From NCBI GenBank assembly GCA_002269645.1, contig NIVC01002980.1, positions 1 through 52,414 on the forward strand: DNA of 52,414 bases, written 5' to 3'. Position numbers and translations under genes: made by a program. The notes beneath the pieces were generated by a model. That model ran no database searches and had not been told where the DNA came from. It was given only the letters and a program-made list of their open reading frames with translations. Below, in pieces: positions 25,186 through 38,251 of the stretch; the first letter of the stretch is position 1, and each line of letters opens with the position of its first letter. This DNA is from Macrostomum lignano (lineage: Eukaryota).

Positions 25186-27678
25186 TTTACTAATCTCTTA
25201 AGTTGGTAGCTGCCACCAGGATTATCCTATTAATAAATTGTGAGTTTATCAATCTTAGAATAATCCGAGAAATGTTTCTTAGAATAGGTCTGGGTATTTA
25301 GTCTGAGTATTTAGTCTGAGTATTATTCTTAGAAAAACTATTAGCCCTGAAAGATCTTAGGCCTACTCTTCTATTATTCTGGTAGCGTTCTATTTTCCTG
25401 GTAGCGTTCTATCTAATAATGGCCTGAGCGGTATTTTGGCTTACTGGCATATGTATTTCATGTACTTTGCAAGTCCTTGGGCGTTACCGAGATCAGAGGG
25501 TCACAGCCTCCGTTATTCTTACACGTATTACTTCAGATCTACTTCGCAACTTCTTACTATTCAACACTTTCCTTCTCAGTAGTATATATGGTACACACTT
25601 CTGTCTACTTCACTCTTACTTCTTAAAAGGAATTAACACAGAAAACACTTCTTCAATTCTTATTTTCTCGGAACTCTTACTATTCATTATAACTGTATTA
25701 TTAGTGAACCGCGATGCGCGAGGTTGCTTTTTCCTCCGCCAAATTTGCTTGTATTTATACTAATTTTACTTGGAGATTAAAACAAAAATTATATTTGTAA
25801 AATATTATGAGAAAATTGTACAGTATAACAAACTATTTACTTAGCGTTTAGGCACGAATTTAAAAACATTATTACGCGTACAATTATAGATCGCCCTGCA
25901 CACAATGCTAGCTTACTTCATTATACACTTTCTATCGAAAAATGCTAATATTTGTCTTAGGCCTAGTCCACACATAATGTGTTAGCCAAGTTGTCTCAAT
26001 ATATTCTGCTAGCCAAAGCAGCCTGGCATCATTTGTGAATCTAATAATGTCACCAAATCTGATCTCCATATGCTCAGCTAGCAGAAGCGAAAGTGCTATC
26101 AGCTGATTTGCATCAAAGTTGAGCAATGAGCTGAGCATCAGGCTGCTCATCTAGTGCTAGATTCACATTATCAAGTTGAGTGATGAGCCGAGTGTTAGGC
26201 TTAGGTCTTTTGTCATTAAGAATATTCTCATAAAATCTAGTTTAAGTGCTTCAGGTGTCATCCTAGCTCCGTTTTATCTAATAGAATTAAGAATAGTCCA
26301 ATCATTTTAAAATGTCCTATTTGGAAAAAAAATTGTTGGTCATTTTTGATAGGCCTAATGGTAGGATAGACCTAACTCTGACTTAAATCAAATTGACAGA
26401 ACTAAGTTAAATATGATTAGCCTTTCACAGTTAATCCTTCAAAGGTATTGCTTAAAAATAGTTCAAAATCACTGTGTTTTAGCTGCAGCTTCTGGCATCT
26501 TCTATGACTACACAAAACTAATAACTGAAGCCGCAGTTGCCGAACATCTAAGGCACATAGGCACTCGAGTGAGAAAGCAGAGTGAAAGGTTGCTACCTAG
26601 ACACTAGACTAAGCCCTAGTGCCGCAGCTGCTAAAGCTTCAACAATTTTGAGTGGTAATTTGAAGGACAATGCTGTGAACATAGAGGAGGATCTTCTATG
26701 TGAAATGTATAGCTAAGCCACTTAAAAACATAAACATTTAATAGTATCCACCGATCCATATCAATGGTTTATACAGTAATTGCTATGCTTATATAAAAAC
26801 TCATTGACTAAAATTTTATCATCAGAAATGGTCAGCAACTCAATTTTTTATAGGCTGACAGAGCAAACTCTTAACTACTTTTAGTAAGCACATTTGTAAA
26901 CACTACTTTCCTGTATCCTATATAAACTTATTTTAGCTAAAATGAATCCTTGGGCCTTTTCAATTTGTGAAGTATAGCCTAACTTTTTGTCTCCATATCT
27001 AGAGAGAGATACGTGCTATAAAGTTTTTATTATTGAATGACAATCGTCAAGAAGAAAGTGAAAAATTGTGCTAAGTGAGGTTGTTAAGGCAGTCAAATAT
27101 TAACAGAGTTAAATAGTTATACTGCTGTTTTTCTTGGAATTCCGAACCAATTCTGGTTCTGGAATTGGTAATATGAAAAGGCTCATTATAGGCGGTACAA
27201 ACTAAATTGTTGCGGAAACGGATGTGGATACAGAATGGATTTGTATACTAAAATGTAGATATGGAATTTTTCAGGCTTTCATATAACATATTTTTTACAA
27301 TAATCGCCAAATATTTACATAAATTTCATGCAATACTTGTCTTTTTTAATTCCTTACTTATCTTACTTCGTTAGTCGTTAAAGCTTGTTCAAAGTTTCGT
27401 TAATAACATTTACGCGCTCTTTCAAATACTATATTGCAAAACTCGTATAGGCTCTTCATATTGCTTGTTCTGGTTCTAGAACGAGAACCATTTTGTAAAG
27501 TATAACTTTTTGTCTCCTAAACTAGAGGGATATTAGTGCTTTAAAATTGTGATTATTGAATGGCCAAAGCCAAGAAGAAAGTGAAAAATTGTGCAAAGTA
27601 AAGCTGTTAAAGCAGTCAAACATTCAACAAAGTTAAATAGAATGCTGGTAGAGTTGCTCGCTTGGCGAGAAGAATAAA

Positions 27679-28322
27679 TAGAAAGCTTAATATCAACATT
27701 TGAATGTGATTTCAATTTCTAACAACTTCAACGCATTTCGCACGCCATGGTGCATCGTCAGGATTTTATTAGAACGATTTGAGAAATTGAGATTGAAAGC
27801 AATTGATTAAATATTGGTTTTTGCAACGTACACAGGTAAGGAGGGTAAGAATGAAAACAATTGATTACAACTTGGCTTTAACAACATACATAGGTATAGT
27901 AGGTAGGAGAGAGAATTATAGATTGAGAATGAAAGTTAAACCAAATGTACACAATTCTTGTCCAGTGGTCAAAAGGCAGAATCAGGGGCGGTAGCTAGCT
28001 TAGGTAATTGAACGTCAAGCTAAGTGTACACAGCGTGCACGACTGTGTCACTCACTGTTCAGAAAACGCGGAGAACCTGACCTGCACCACTATGTTGTAA
28101 TTGGGTGTTGAGATTCGGGGTCTGAGCTTTTATGTGCAGGGCCTCGAACCTCGTACCCTCCTTACCTGTGTACGTTGCAAAAACCAATATTTAATCAATC
28201 GCTTTCAATCTCAATTTCTCAAATCGTTCTAATAAAATCCTGACGATGCACCATGGCGTGCGAAACGCGTTGAAGTTGTTAGAAATTGAAATCACATTCA
28301 AATGTTGATATTAAGCTTTCTA
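27679..28322. mobile_element. Foldback/MITE with ~169-bp TIRs
   Basis: 27679-27847 is the reverse complement of 28154-28322; I found two mismatches, both at CpG sites. Confidence 0.9.
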
Positions 28323-28918
28323 AAGTTAAATAGTTATACTGCTTTTTTTCTTAGAAATCCGAACCGATTCTGGTTCTGGAATCGATTGCCGTGAAGAGGC
28401 TCGTAATCGTACTTAAATAACTCATGCATAAATATTTCCTTCTATTCTTGAATTATTCTTAAATGCACTAAAATATATTGGCCAAACAGCAGGCTTCTTG
28501 CCTGAGCCAAACTTACTTACCATTCAAGTCTATATAGGCCGTGTCAATAATTTCAATTTTATCCACACGGATCCGTGTCGATAATTTCCAGCTTATCCCC
28601 ACGACAGCTTATTGGAATAAAGAACCTTAAAATGAATCTGTTCAAAAACTGTCTTTTTGTTTTTACTGTTTTACAAATCTTCCAAATAAACTACATGTAT
28701 TGAATAGTATCGGGTACTTTGTTAGAACTTTTAGTCATTAAAAGGGTTAATTTTAAATATTTGCATGGCTGCCGGCTTTACTTAGAACGACCAAATGACC
28801 CAAAGATCGAAGCGAATGAGACTTTCAAAATTCAACTTTCAATATATAATAATAATGAAATATTACTAATAATAATGACAATATCGATTTAACGTCAGTA
28901 CACAAAACTAAGCACAAT

Positions 28919-31758
28919 TGGGGAATCTCGGACGACGCCCAGAAGCAGGAAATCCTCCTGTATACCGCGGGAAAAGAGGTTGCAGACATCTTTAAAGAGA
29001 TCTCACAGACGCGTCCCGCCACTGACCAGCCGGAGCAGCAAACGCTTGACTCACTCATAGCGGCGCTAACTCAGCACTTTCAAGGACGCGACAATGTGGT
29101 GTTCACCCGGTACCAATTCTGCCAGTGCACGCAGCTAGACGGCGAAGGCATCGACAGCTGGTACAACCGATTGTGCAACGCGGCTGAGGCCTGCCAGTTC
29201 GGAAAGCTGCGCCACAGTCCTTCATCCGCGACCAGATCGTCGCCTGCTGCCGCAGTGAATCCCTCCGAAAGCGGCTGCTCAACGTGCCCAACATCAGCCT
29301 CCCTGATGCCCTCCAGCTGGCGAGAACAAACGAAGCAGCCAGCCAGCAAGCGGCAATCATGGAGCGCTCGGCAGCCGGACCAGCTGAAGAAGTACATGCG
29401 GCTCGCGACAAGCGCCCCACCAGGCGCCCGCCAGCCAGCCCGGCCGACAAATGCCTGCGGTGCGGAGAGCCCGGCCACCGCACTTGCAACTGGGCCCAAG
29501 GCAATTAGCGCTGCAGCAACTGCGGCAAGCTGCACCACCTGGCGAAGGCCTGCCTAAGCGGCCGCGCACGCATTAACATGGCAGAGCCTGAGCCAGAGGA
29601 ACCAGCAGTCGTGTGGCGCACCTGGCGGAGGCGGTATTCTCCAGCCTCGACCCCAGCCGCAAAAGCGCCACCTTCAAAGCGGTCATCAACGGCGCGAACG
29701 TACCCGTCCTGATCGACAGCGGTGCGAGCTGCAACGTGCTCAGCCAGCGGACCCTTCATCTAACGGGAGCATCCGAGCGGGCGCTTCAGCCCACGCACAC
29801 GAGGGTCCATCCTCTCGGAGCAGCGAGGCCCCTGACACCCGCTGGCCAGATCACTCTGCACACGAAGATCAGCGGCAACTCGGAGAGAGTGCGCTTCATC
29901 GTCATCAGAGAGGACTGCATCACCATCCTAGGCCGCGAGACAAGCACGCAGATGGGGATGCTGAGGGTCGGACCGCAGGCCGAGACAGCTCTCACCGCCG
30001 GACTGACACCAACGGTTAACGACCTGCACCTTCCGCAATACTTGCGACTGTCATCGATCATGAAGGAGTTCAGCGACAGGTTTCAAGGAATCGGCTGCAT
30101 CAAGGGCGTCTCAGTCAGCATCCAGCTGAAGGAAGAAGCGGTGCCAGTCTGCCACCCTCCGTCTCGAGTTCCGGTGCATCTTCGAACCGCCGTGGAAAAG
30201 GAGCTGAAGGGCCAGCTAGCAGCCGGCATCCTGGAGCGAGTGACGGAGCCCAGCGCTTGGAGTTCACGCATGGTGGTCGTTCCAAAGGCCTCGCCAGGCG
30301 AAATCCGCATCACGCAGGACCTGAGGGACGTCAATAAGTACGTCATTCCAGAAAAGCAGCCAATACCGACATTCGAAGAAGTCACCGACGAGATGGCCGG
30401 CTCCACCTATTTCTCCGAAGTAGACGTTTCCAAGGCCTTCATCGAAGTCATCTACCAGCCGGGGGCAGATAACCCGGCAGATGTCCTGAGCCGCCAGCCA
30501 CGACCAACACCACCGAACAACGAGGGCGAGGATCTCGACACGGCCTACATCGCAATGACAGCACAGGCAGCAGCGCCGAACAGCATCAGCCTCGACACGA
30601 TCAAGGTGGCCGCCGCAGGCGACAAGGCGATCCAAGCCGCCGTATCCGGGCTCCGGTTCCATCGGTGGCAACTCGATAGCCACGACACGCGCAGCCTGCA
30701 CGGCCTGCGGCACGAGCTCTCACAACTCGTAGCACGAGCGACTCGTACAGCGATGCAACCGAGGCCTCAACAAAGCAATCAGAGCGGCGATTTTGGAAGG
30801 CAGCGACTGGCAGGCGGCACTGGACGACTACCTGGCTGCATACCGGCGAACACCGCACGCAGCAACCGGCATGGCCCAGCCGACCTGCTATTCGGCCGAC
30901 AGCTCAACGACACGATCCCCAGCTTGCGCCACTCCCGGCCGGTTGACGCCAGGCGACAGACCGTCCGCGGCCACGACTACAGGGCGAAGGAGCGGATGAA
31001 GGCCTTCGCCGACAGCAAGAGGGGCGCCACCGACCACCAGATCACCGTAGGCGACCTCGTACTCCGCCGGCTCACCAACCGCAGCAAGACCGACCCCTTC
31101 TTCGAGGCCTCGCCATGGACCGTGACAGAAGTCCGCGGCAACACCCTGCAGCTTCAACGTGCCTGCCAGAGGTGCTCCAGGCACGCCACCCACGTCAAGC
31201 GAGTCTCCCAGGCAGCCGACGAGTGGCCGGGTGACCCCGGAGAACGCGACAGCGGACAGGACAGCCGGCCGGATGAACCAACCGGCCCGCCCGAGCCAAC
31301 CGGCAACCAGGACGTCCCTCTCGCCAACAGGCCGCACCCCCGACAGGCCAAGGAGACGCCGAAACGCTACGAAGAGGGCGACCGGCGAAAGGCTCTGGAC
31401 ATCTGACAGCTGGCGGAACAGCAGCAAGGACTGATCATTGACTCTAATGACTGACACTGATTACTCGATCGCGCGTAACATGAACCCAACGTTGTACCCA
31501 ACCCCACCCCGGGTTCCAATCCACCAGACGAGGGATGTAGCATGCGCAGGCAGGCAGTTCGGGCACCTAGTTTGCACTCCGTGACCGCCATCCAGCCTAT
31601 CCACTTCGCTCTGCTCGAGCACATCCCAACGCGCACTCAATGAACCGGAAATCTGTGTTCTACCAGACAATAAATACAGGCACAGGCACATTCTATTTCT
31701 CCACCTTTTTGAGTGGCTAACTAACACTCGCAACAACCAGCTAGAGTTGCTCGCTACA
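28919..31758 (+). mobile_element. 5'-truncated, internally deleted Ty3/Gypsy (Mag-like) element
   Basis: Gag QEILLYTAG...RYQF...Q...IDSW...RL; two Cys/His knuckles (CLRCGEPGH, CSNCGKLHHLAKAC); PR IDSGASCN; RT start joined directly to IEVIYQPG...ADVLSR; IN C-terminal part YRRTPH...PADLLFGR. Confidence 0.88.
31536..31758 (+). repeat. 3' LTR (223 bp) of the Mag-like element
   Basis: Follows purine tract GACGAGGGA, has perfect TGTAGC...GCTACA termini and AATAAA at ~31669. Confidence 0.8.
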
Positions 31759-33306
31759 CTGCTGTGCACATAAAATTAAATAACTAGGTGGACGGCTACC
31801 ATGCACGCAAGCTCTCCGCGACTTCCTAGAACGACGAATTTAAGCGTTAAGGCAAGTATAAAGCAATCATGGACTACTGGAGGAAGGTAATCGGAAAGGC
31901 AGTACAAGGAACCCAGTACGTATAGCATTGAGCAATTTAGTGCATGGTCCTGCGGGACCGGAAAACAATTCGTAGTACATGTATAGTCACTGCTGGATGG
32001 AATATCAAAGGAAATGGAAAGAAGGCTGTGGATGATAAGAGCACGGCGGCCGTCATGCCAATTAAATGACCAATTCAAGTGAGAATAAACCACACGAAAG
32101 ACAAACGCGCTGTACCATAGATTAAAGAACACCAGGATTTGCACCGAGAATGCACCAAGAGGAGAAAAGTGCTCAAGATGAGGTGAATATTACTAAGAAA
32201 CAAGGCAAGCAATTTAACTAGAAGAATCATTTTAACACATGCATATATAGTGCCCCCAAAAGGCACTACTGTACATGTATACTATACGTAGGGGTCCATC
32301 CATATTGACTGACCCCAAAAAGTGTTACGAGCGTACATGCAGCAACATGGCGAGGTAACAGCCTGGGCAGTCTGACATAGTGTAGAGCGCTATTTGCCTA
32401 TTTTTGTTTAAATCTGTAGGAACGTCATGTAAATAAATCAAAGAAATCAGTGACAGCAAGAAAAAACGATACATTGTTCGATCTGTAGTTAGAAGTTATA
32501 GTAATATTAATTAAAAGCAAAAAATCTTGACCATTGTGGTTATGCTGATCAGTAAAGTAAAAATCAAAGAATAGACTCGAGTATTTTGGCAAGAAATTCA
32601 CGCTCACGACGAAGTTTCTTGTACATTGTCAAGAATCGATATATAGTAGTAATTGAAACTTCAGGGAATACAAATCGCATATCTAGCTAGATAGATAGAA
32701 AAAAATTGATTTTTGATAAATAGACTAGAACGTTACAATCAATTCATATAAGGTTAGATTTATTGCCGTTTGAAGATGGACGACACAAAATGTATGCATG
32801 CAAACTATGCAGCCCGCATAGCTTGTACTCGTAAAAGTGTAGAAAGAATGGAGAGAAACCAAAGTGTATCAACACGGTTACACAAGTAACATAGGTTGAA
32901 TTGAAGTTGATCCGCTGTAAGGTAGCAAGTGGTGGTCAAATTTACGGCGAATTACACAACCACAGGTGTTGCGTGCAATGTCTGTGAGTTCTGTGTTCAC
33001 ACTGCCATCAATTCACACGACTGATGTATACAATGGAAAGACAAAAATACTTGTTGGATTGGTAGGTTGGAACACGGGACCAATTACGGTCTTGCAGCCA
33101 TAGCATTTGAGAGATTCATCACTATACGTTTTAGCCCCCCCCCCAGTTTCCATTTGGTTCAAAATGTTAAACTACTTCAGTAGTTAAAATCGTTAAATAT
33201 TTTAATTTAGGTCCCCTTTTCTGCACTTGAGACCACCCCTTGCACTTTTAGCAATGAGTCCTAGAGGTCTAATGTTGCAAAAATACTTGCTAAATAGATA
33301 GGTCTT

Positions 33307-36300
33307 TCATATTTTCACGCATAACTCCTTGTGTTCCTTCCAATGTTTCCGCTGGCAAACCCGGTCGCAGTAGTGGGCGTCCTTGCATCTGCTGCAGCGG
33401 AAGTGGGCATCGGGCAGGCCGCAGGCTGCGCACTGAGCTCCACTCAGCTGAGATGAAGCTGAGTCTTTAATGGGACCAAGCAGCTTCAAATCTGCTGCCA
33501 GATGCATGGCTTCGAGCATGGATTTAACCTGATTCTTTGGAGGGAAATCCTTGATTGGTGGAAAGCACGGAAGCCTCACCTCTGCACTCTCAGCGCGCAG
33601 TGCCTTCTCAAAGTACTCCCTTGCCTTGCGCTCGTCCATCAATTGAATATATTCACGACTGATGCAATAGAGGGCCTCCGGGACCTTGCGATTGTCGGGC
33701 TCGTTTGAAGAAATAAATTTCTGGTAGGCTTCAATGACTGCTTTTGGGTTATTCCGACCCTGCATTCTCAAGCACGTCGCTCGTTCATAAAGCCACGCTG
33801 GCTCACTCTCAAGCTCCCGAGCTTGGTCGATAGCTCTTAGACAGCTATCAAAGTCACCAATAGTGCAGTACATTTGGATCAGGAAGGTGTGGTAGTCAGC
33901 GACAGCTGGGTCCAGTTCGGTGCACGTCTTTGCCATTTCAAGTAGCTCGGCGTCGCTGCTAAGTTGACGTGTCTGATGGTAGCGCATGATTACAAACAGT
34001 GCAGCGGCATCTCTGTCATCGTTCCTAAAGGCTTTGGTTGCAGCAGAGTAGAAACTTTCCCAAGTCAAAGCATCAATATCAAGCGGCTGCCAGGTACTTC
34101 CAGCTTTCCGAAACAGATGAAATGCTTCAGAATGCTCGCCGCCTTGCAGGGCTGTGTAGGAATCAGCCAGAAGGCCCAGGCCAACAAAATACTTTTTTGC
34201 CGTCTCAGACCCCGTGATTACCCTTTCGGCCATCACGTTGATCTCATGATTCAAATCATGAAAGCAAAGACCTGGTGCTGGACTTGCTTGTCGAGGTGTA
34301 AAATACTTGCGCAGCTTTTTAATTGCATCTCTCAGCGATGGATCTGGCACCGAAGAGTCGCAGTATCTCTCACATCTCTCGTCGCATGAAAGTCCTTCTT
34401 GCGAAAGCCCATTGATGCCTTCAAACTTTATAATTTCATTGAAAAATTCAATCACGTCACTGATGACATCTGGAGTTTCTCGCTTGGATCGAATCATCCA
34501 TCTGCGTGCTTGATCCACATCTCGCTTGCAGCCTTGCCCCAGTGACAGCAGACGGCCCAGAATCCATTGCGCATCAGCATTTTCCCATTCAACAGCCTTT
34601 GAAAGAAAAAACACTGCTTCTTCGCTTCTATTCTGCTGCAGAAGCAAGCTGCCCAGGGCAACAGTAGCCTTCTCGTGACCCATATCCGAAGCTTTTTTGA
34701 AGTATTCCTCCGATTGCTTCAAATTTGTTCGGAATCCGCCTTTACCCCTCATGTAGTTTTCGCCCAGAAGAAGCAGTGCTTCTTTGTCGTTTTTTTCTAC
34801 CCTTTGCATAATAACTTTTTTTGATTCATTAATTCTCGCACCAAGAGCGCCGCTCTGTGAAAGCTTCTGCAGAGCTCTCAGAGATCCTGGGAGGCCCTGA
34901 TCCGCAGCGGCTTGAAGCAGCTCCGTCGCTTTTACTGTGTCCACGGGTCCTCCCCGCCCTTCCGCAAGCATAAGTGCGAGGTTGTATCGGGCCTCAGCCT
35001 GGCCCAGATTGGCAGACTCCTGGTACCACCAGCGCGCTGACGCCAAGTTTTGCTTGCAGCCGGTGCCGTTTTCGAGTGCCACGCCGAGGTTGTTCATACC
35101 TGACGGGCAGCCGTGCTGAGCAGATTTCACAAACCATTCGAAGGCGAGCTTATTGTCTTGATCAACGGTCAGACCGTCTCTGTAAGCCATTCCGATTGAG
35201 TTCTCCGCTTCAGCAACGCCAACATTCCGAAAAATCGCGGAGCCGTCATCCAGATAGGGCTTCTGCCCGGCGGCTTGGTGGCACAAATTGATATATTTCT
35301 TTGAGTCACGAGCCAGCCCAGCTCTGCCGTCTTTGTACATCACAGCTAAATTGTACAGCCCATTTGCGCACCCACGCGTTGCAATTGATTGGAATATTCT
35401 AAGCGCCCTCTGCTCTTCAGCAAAATTGCCCCTGCCGGACTGCAGGATCTGATGAGCCTCAATAATTTCGGTGTAGCTTTCGCTTTGATAATCGTTCATT
35501 GGGCTGACATCGCTAGGAGAAACATTGGAAGATTGTTGAATTATGTTCATTTGAGAGTGGCGGGCAACTTCAGGATCATTCAGCTCCCCAAGACCACCAC
35601 AAAAGGCTGCTTTCTCACTCTTTCATCAATTAAATAAGCTTGACAATCTCTCTTCCTCAGAAGAAGAATATCATCTCTGGGATCGCGGACCAAGCCTCCG
35701 TTGCAGATGGCCAATGCTTCTTTAAAGAGCCGAAGCTTTACAAGAGCTTCCGACAGAATTCGATAGAACTTTACCGGCTTTGGGTCCAGCTGGATTGCAT
35801 CTTCCGCATCTTCACGGGCCAGGTTAAATTTGGATAGTCTGAGCTCGCACAGAGCTCGGTTTGAGTACAAAATGGCCAAATTTGCATTGATTCTGATGGC
35901 TTTTGTGTAGCAGTCCATGGCATCCGCCCATCGCTTATTTCCATAATGCTTGTTCCCCTCGACCTTCAGCTTCTCCCAGTCTTCGCCAGAAACGCCAGCA
36001 AACTTCAATATTTCTCTTCTGCAGTCGCTCAGCCCCATCAACTCCGCCAGCTTTAGAAAGCACTCGATATCATGCTCGAACCGGTTTGCATCGAAATCGT
36101 GGTGAGAATACTGGTTCCTAACGGCCCTGGCTCTCTCCAAGGATCCACGCAGTTGTCTCTGAACAGCCGGGTCAGGAAAGAGTTTCTGCAGCTCATCTAC
36201 AATCATTTTTAGCGAGTTGTTGAAATCCAGAGTGGTATTCAGTCCCAAGGCCGTCTTGAGTATCTGATTCATGCCGTGGGTGAGCAGCGAGACTGCAAAC

Positions 36301-36347
36301 TGGATTTTCGATGTGGCTTCGGCACTCTCCATTGGAGCTGCAGCCAT
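33307..36347 (-). CDS. HEPN-like / TPR / Sel1-repeat / TPR / zf-MYND protein (~1010 aa; one 1-bp frameshift at ~35600-35625)
   Basis: RNQYSH at 36102-36119; TPR GNKHYGNKRWADAMDCYTKAI; Sel1 repeats (AENSIGMAYRDG...AFEWF, ARYNLALMLAEG); MYND CAACG...CSRC...YCDRVCQRKHWKEHKELC. Adding one base makes the two ORFs continuous. Confidence 0.8.
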
Positions 36348-36670
36348 TGTATTGCAGGCGGATTCTGGAATTTGAAACGGAAGGTTGAATTTTTGGAAGA
36401 AAAGGCACGTCGAAACATAGCCCTAAGGGAACCGAGTAGATGGTCAAGCAAGCAATGATACTATTGCCCACAAGCTTTTTTCTTCTGTTTCTGCTTGAGT
36501 AAATGGGTTTGGAGTGCCAGCGTGGGGTCTCGCAGAGGGGAGACGGTCACTTAAGCAACTGGCAACTGTCCCTGGACTGAACAGCCGTATGCAGCCTTCA
36601 GATGTAAGACGCAATAGCTGCGGCTGAGCTGTCGGTTGCACATCTGGCCCATTGAGGCTAGTGAAATCAA

Positions 36671-36680
36671 TTACTATTAC

Positions 36681-36743
<63 letters not shown>

Positions 36744-36805
36744 TACTATTATTAATATTAATAATATTATTATTATTGTTAATATTCTTTTTATTATTAT
36801 TAATA
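36671..36805. repeat. (ATT)n microsatellite
   Basis: Long ATT run with degenerate flanks. Confidence 0.97.
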
Positions 36806-37269
36806 TTGGCGTTACACGCCTCGAGTATTATCAAAAGCGCTGACTGGGTAACATCCGGAGCCGGGTCTTGACCAGATCCGTCAGACAGACGGATATCAAT
36901 GGTAATTAAAGCTGTCAAAATTAGATTGGGGTGCACTTAAATCGAAATGGAGGGCCGCCAGGAATCTAATGACCTAAATATAGGAATGCTTGCATTAGGC
37001 AGGAAATAAGTCAGGACACAATCGGAGTTCGAGGCCATCAGCTTGTCTGTAAGTCGGTCTGTATTGTATACGAATAGAGATCAGTATACAGAAGCAAATT
37101 TGGGGCAATTTGGGCAGCAAAGCCATTCAGTCAGTAGCACAAGTAAAAACGGAAGCTTTGATATCGTTAAAAATCGATGTACAAATAAAAAATCTGAAAG
37201 TGTATAGCTCGTTCAACGTTAATCATCATTAAGTAGACAAATGTTTGTATCAACATTAAGAAAAAGTAA

Positions 37270-37700
37270 AAAAATTGAAGATCAAATCACCATTAAAATC
37301 AGCGTCGACATCCAAAAACGGAAGTTTCTTCCCTCCAATCTCAACGGTACTAGTAAATTGGATATTTTTATGTGAGTAGAGCTTAAAGAATTTAGAAATT
37401 AAAGAAGTGTTGGCAATGACTATCAAGAACAGCAAAGGTTTCGTCAGCATTGCACTTGCAACAACAAGGAGCGCAGCCAAGAGCCATTCATTCTTTATTA
37501 TCTGTATGCGATGTAGGCGATGTAGGTGTCTTCAAACACAAAAATGCCTGAGGTAGAAAAGCTAAGGAGTTTCTTGCATGCCGCTTTAAGAAGCGCTTCA
37601 GATGCACTATATTTCCACCATTTTTGTCGGGGCAAGATGCACGAAAATCCCGTGTGAGACATAGTCTAGCCAAGCGAGGGGGGTAATTAAGGCTTAGCAT
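37270..37700 (-). pseudogene. Penelope-like element RT relic
   Basis: HKNIQFTSTVE...KKLPFLDV matches the PLE RT C-terminal signature. Upstream DKNGGNIV resembles the PLE DKG motif. Confidence 0.5.
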
Positions 37701-38251
37701 TACCGGCCTGATCTTGTAGAATTTATTGTATTGCTACTGTTATACGTGATTGCGTTAACTGACCCTTACGAGTACATATAAACGTAGTGAACGTTCACAA
37801 GATGGTTCCAAAATCATGTCACGCTCAGTCTACGCGTAACCCAAGATGGTGATATCCGTGCAAAGCAACGGAGCACTTGCAGTGGCTTGGTTGTGCACAA
37901 AGGAAATATACTTAGACTCGATCCAAAAGGGTGGGTGAGCATCAAGCCACACTCGTGTGTATAGTAAACTGCTTCCCACGCAATTTTCAGTGACATCATT
38001 CACTGACATTTAGTACCCAAAAATTTCTGCGCATTAAAAGCAAAGTAAAAAATATCTTCAAAATGTTGGAAATTTAGAGACAATACAAAAATCACCAATA
38101 ATTGAATAATCAGCTACAGCTCATATAACTGTTATACTGTGGTAATACTTTTTATCAAGACGAATTTTACATACATAGTTGAGAAAAATATTGTTTAAAA
38201 AATCCGTGAGCCCTCGGAGAAGCAAATTGAGTAGCAATCAAGCCTCATTTA

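Noticed and set aside
26320-26700. hAT transposase relic (WKKIVGHF)
   Set aside because: A single short motif amid stops; not enough support.
36652-36936. Poly-Ile and poly-Asn ORFs
   Set aside because: Translations of the (ATT)n microsatellite.
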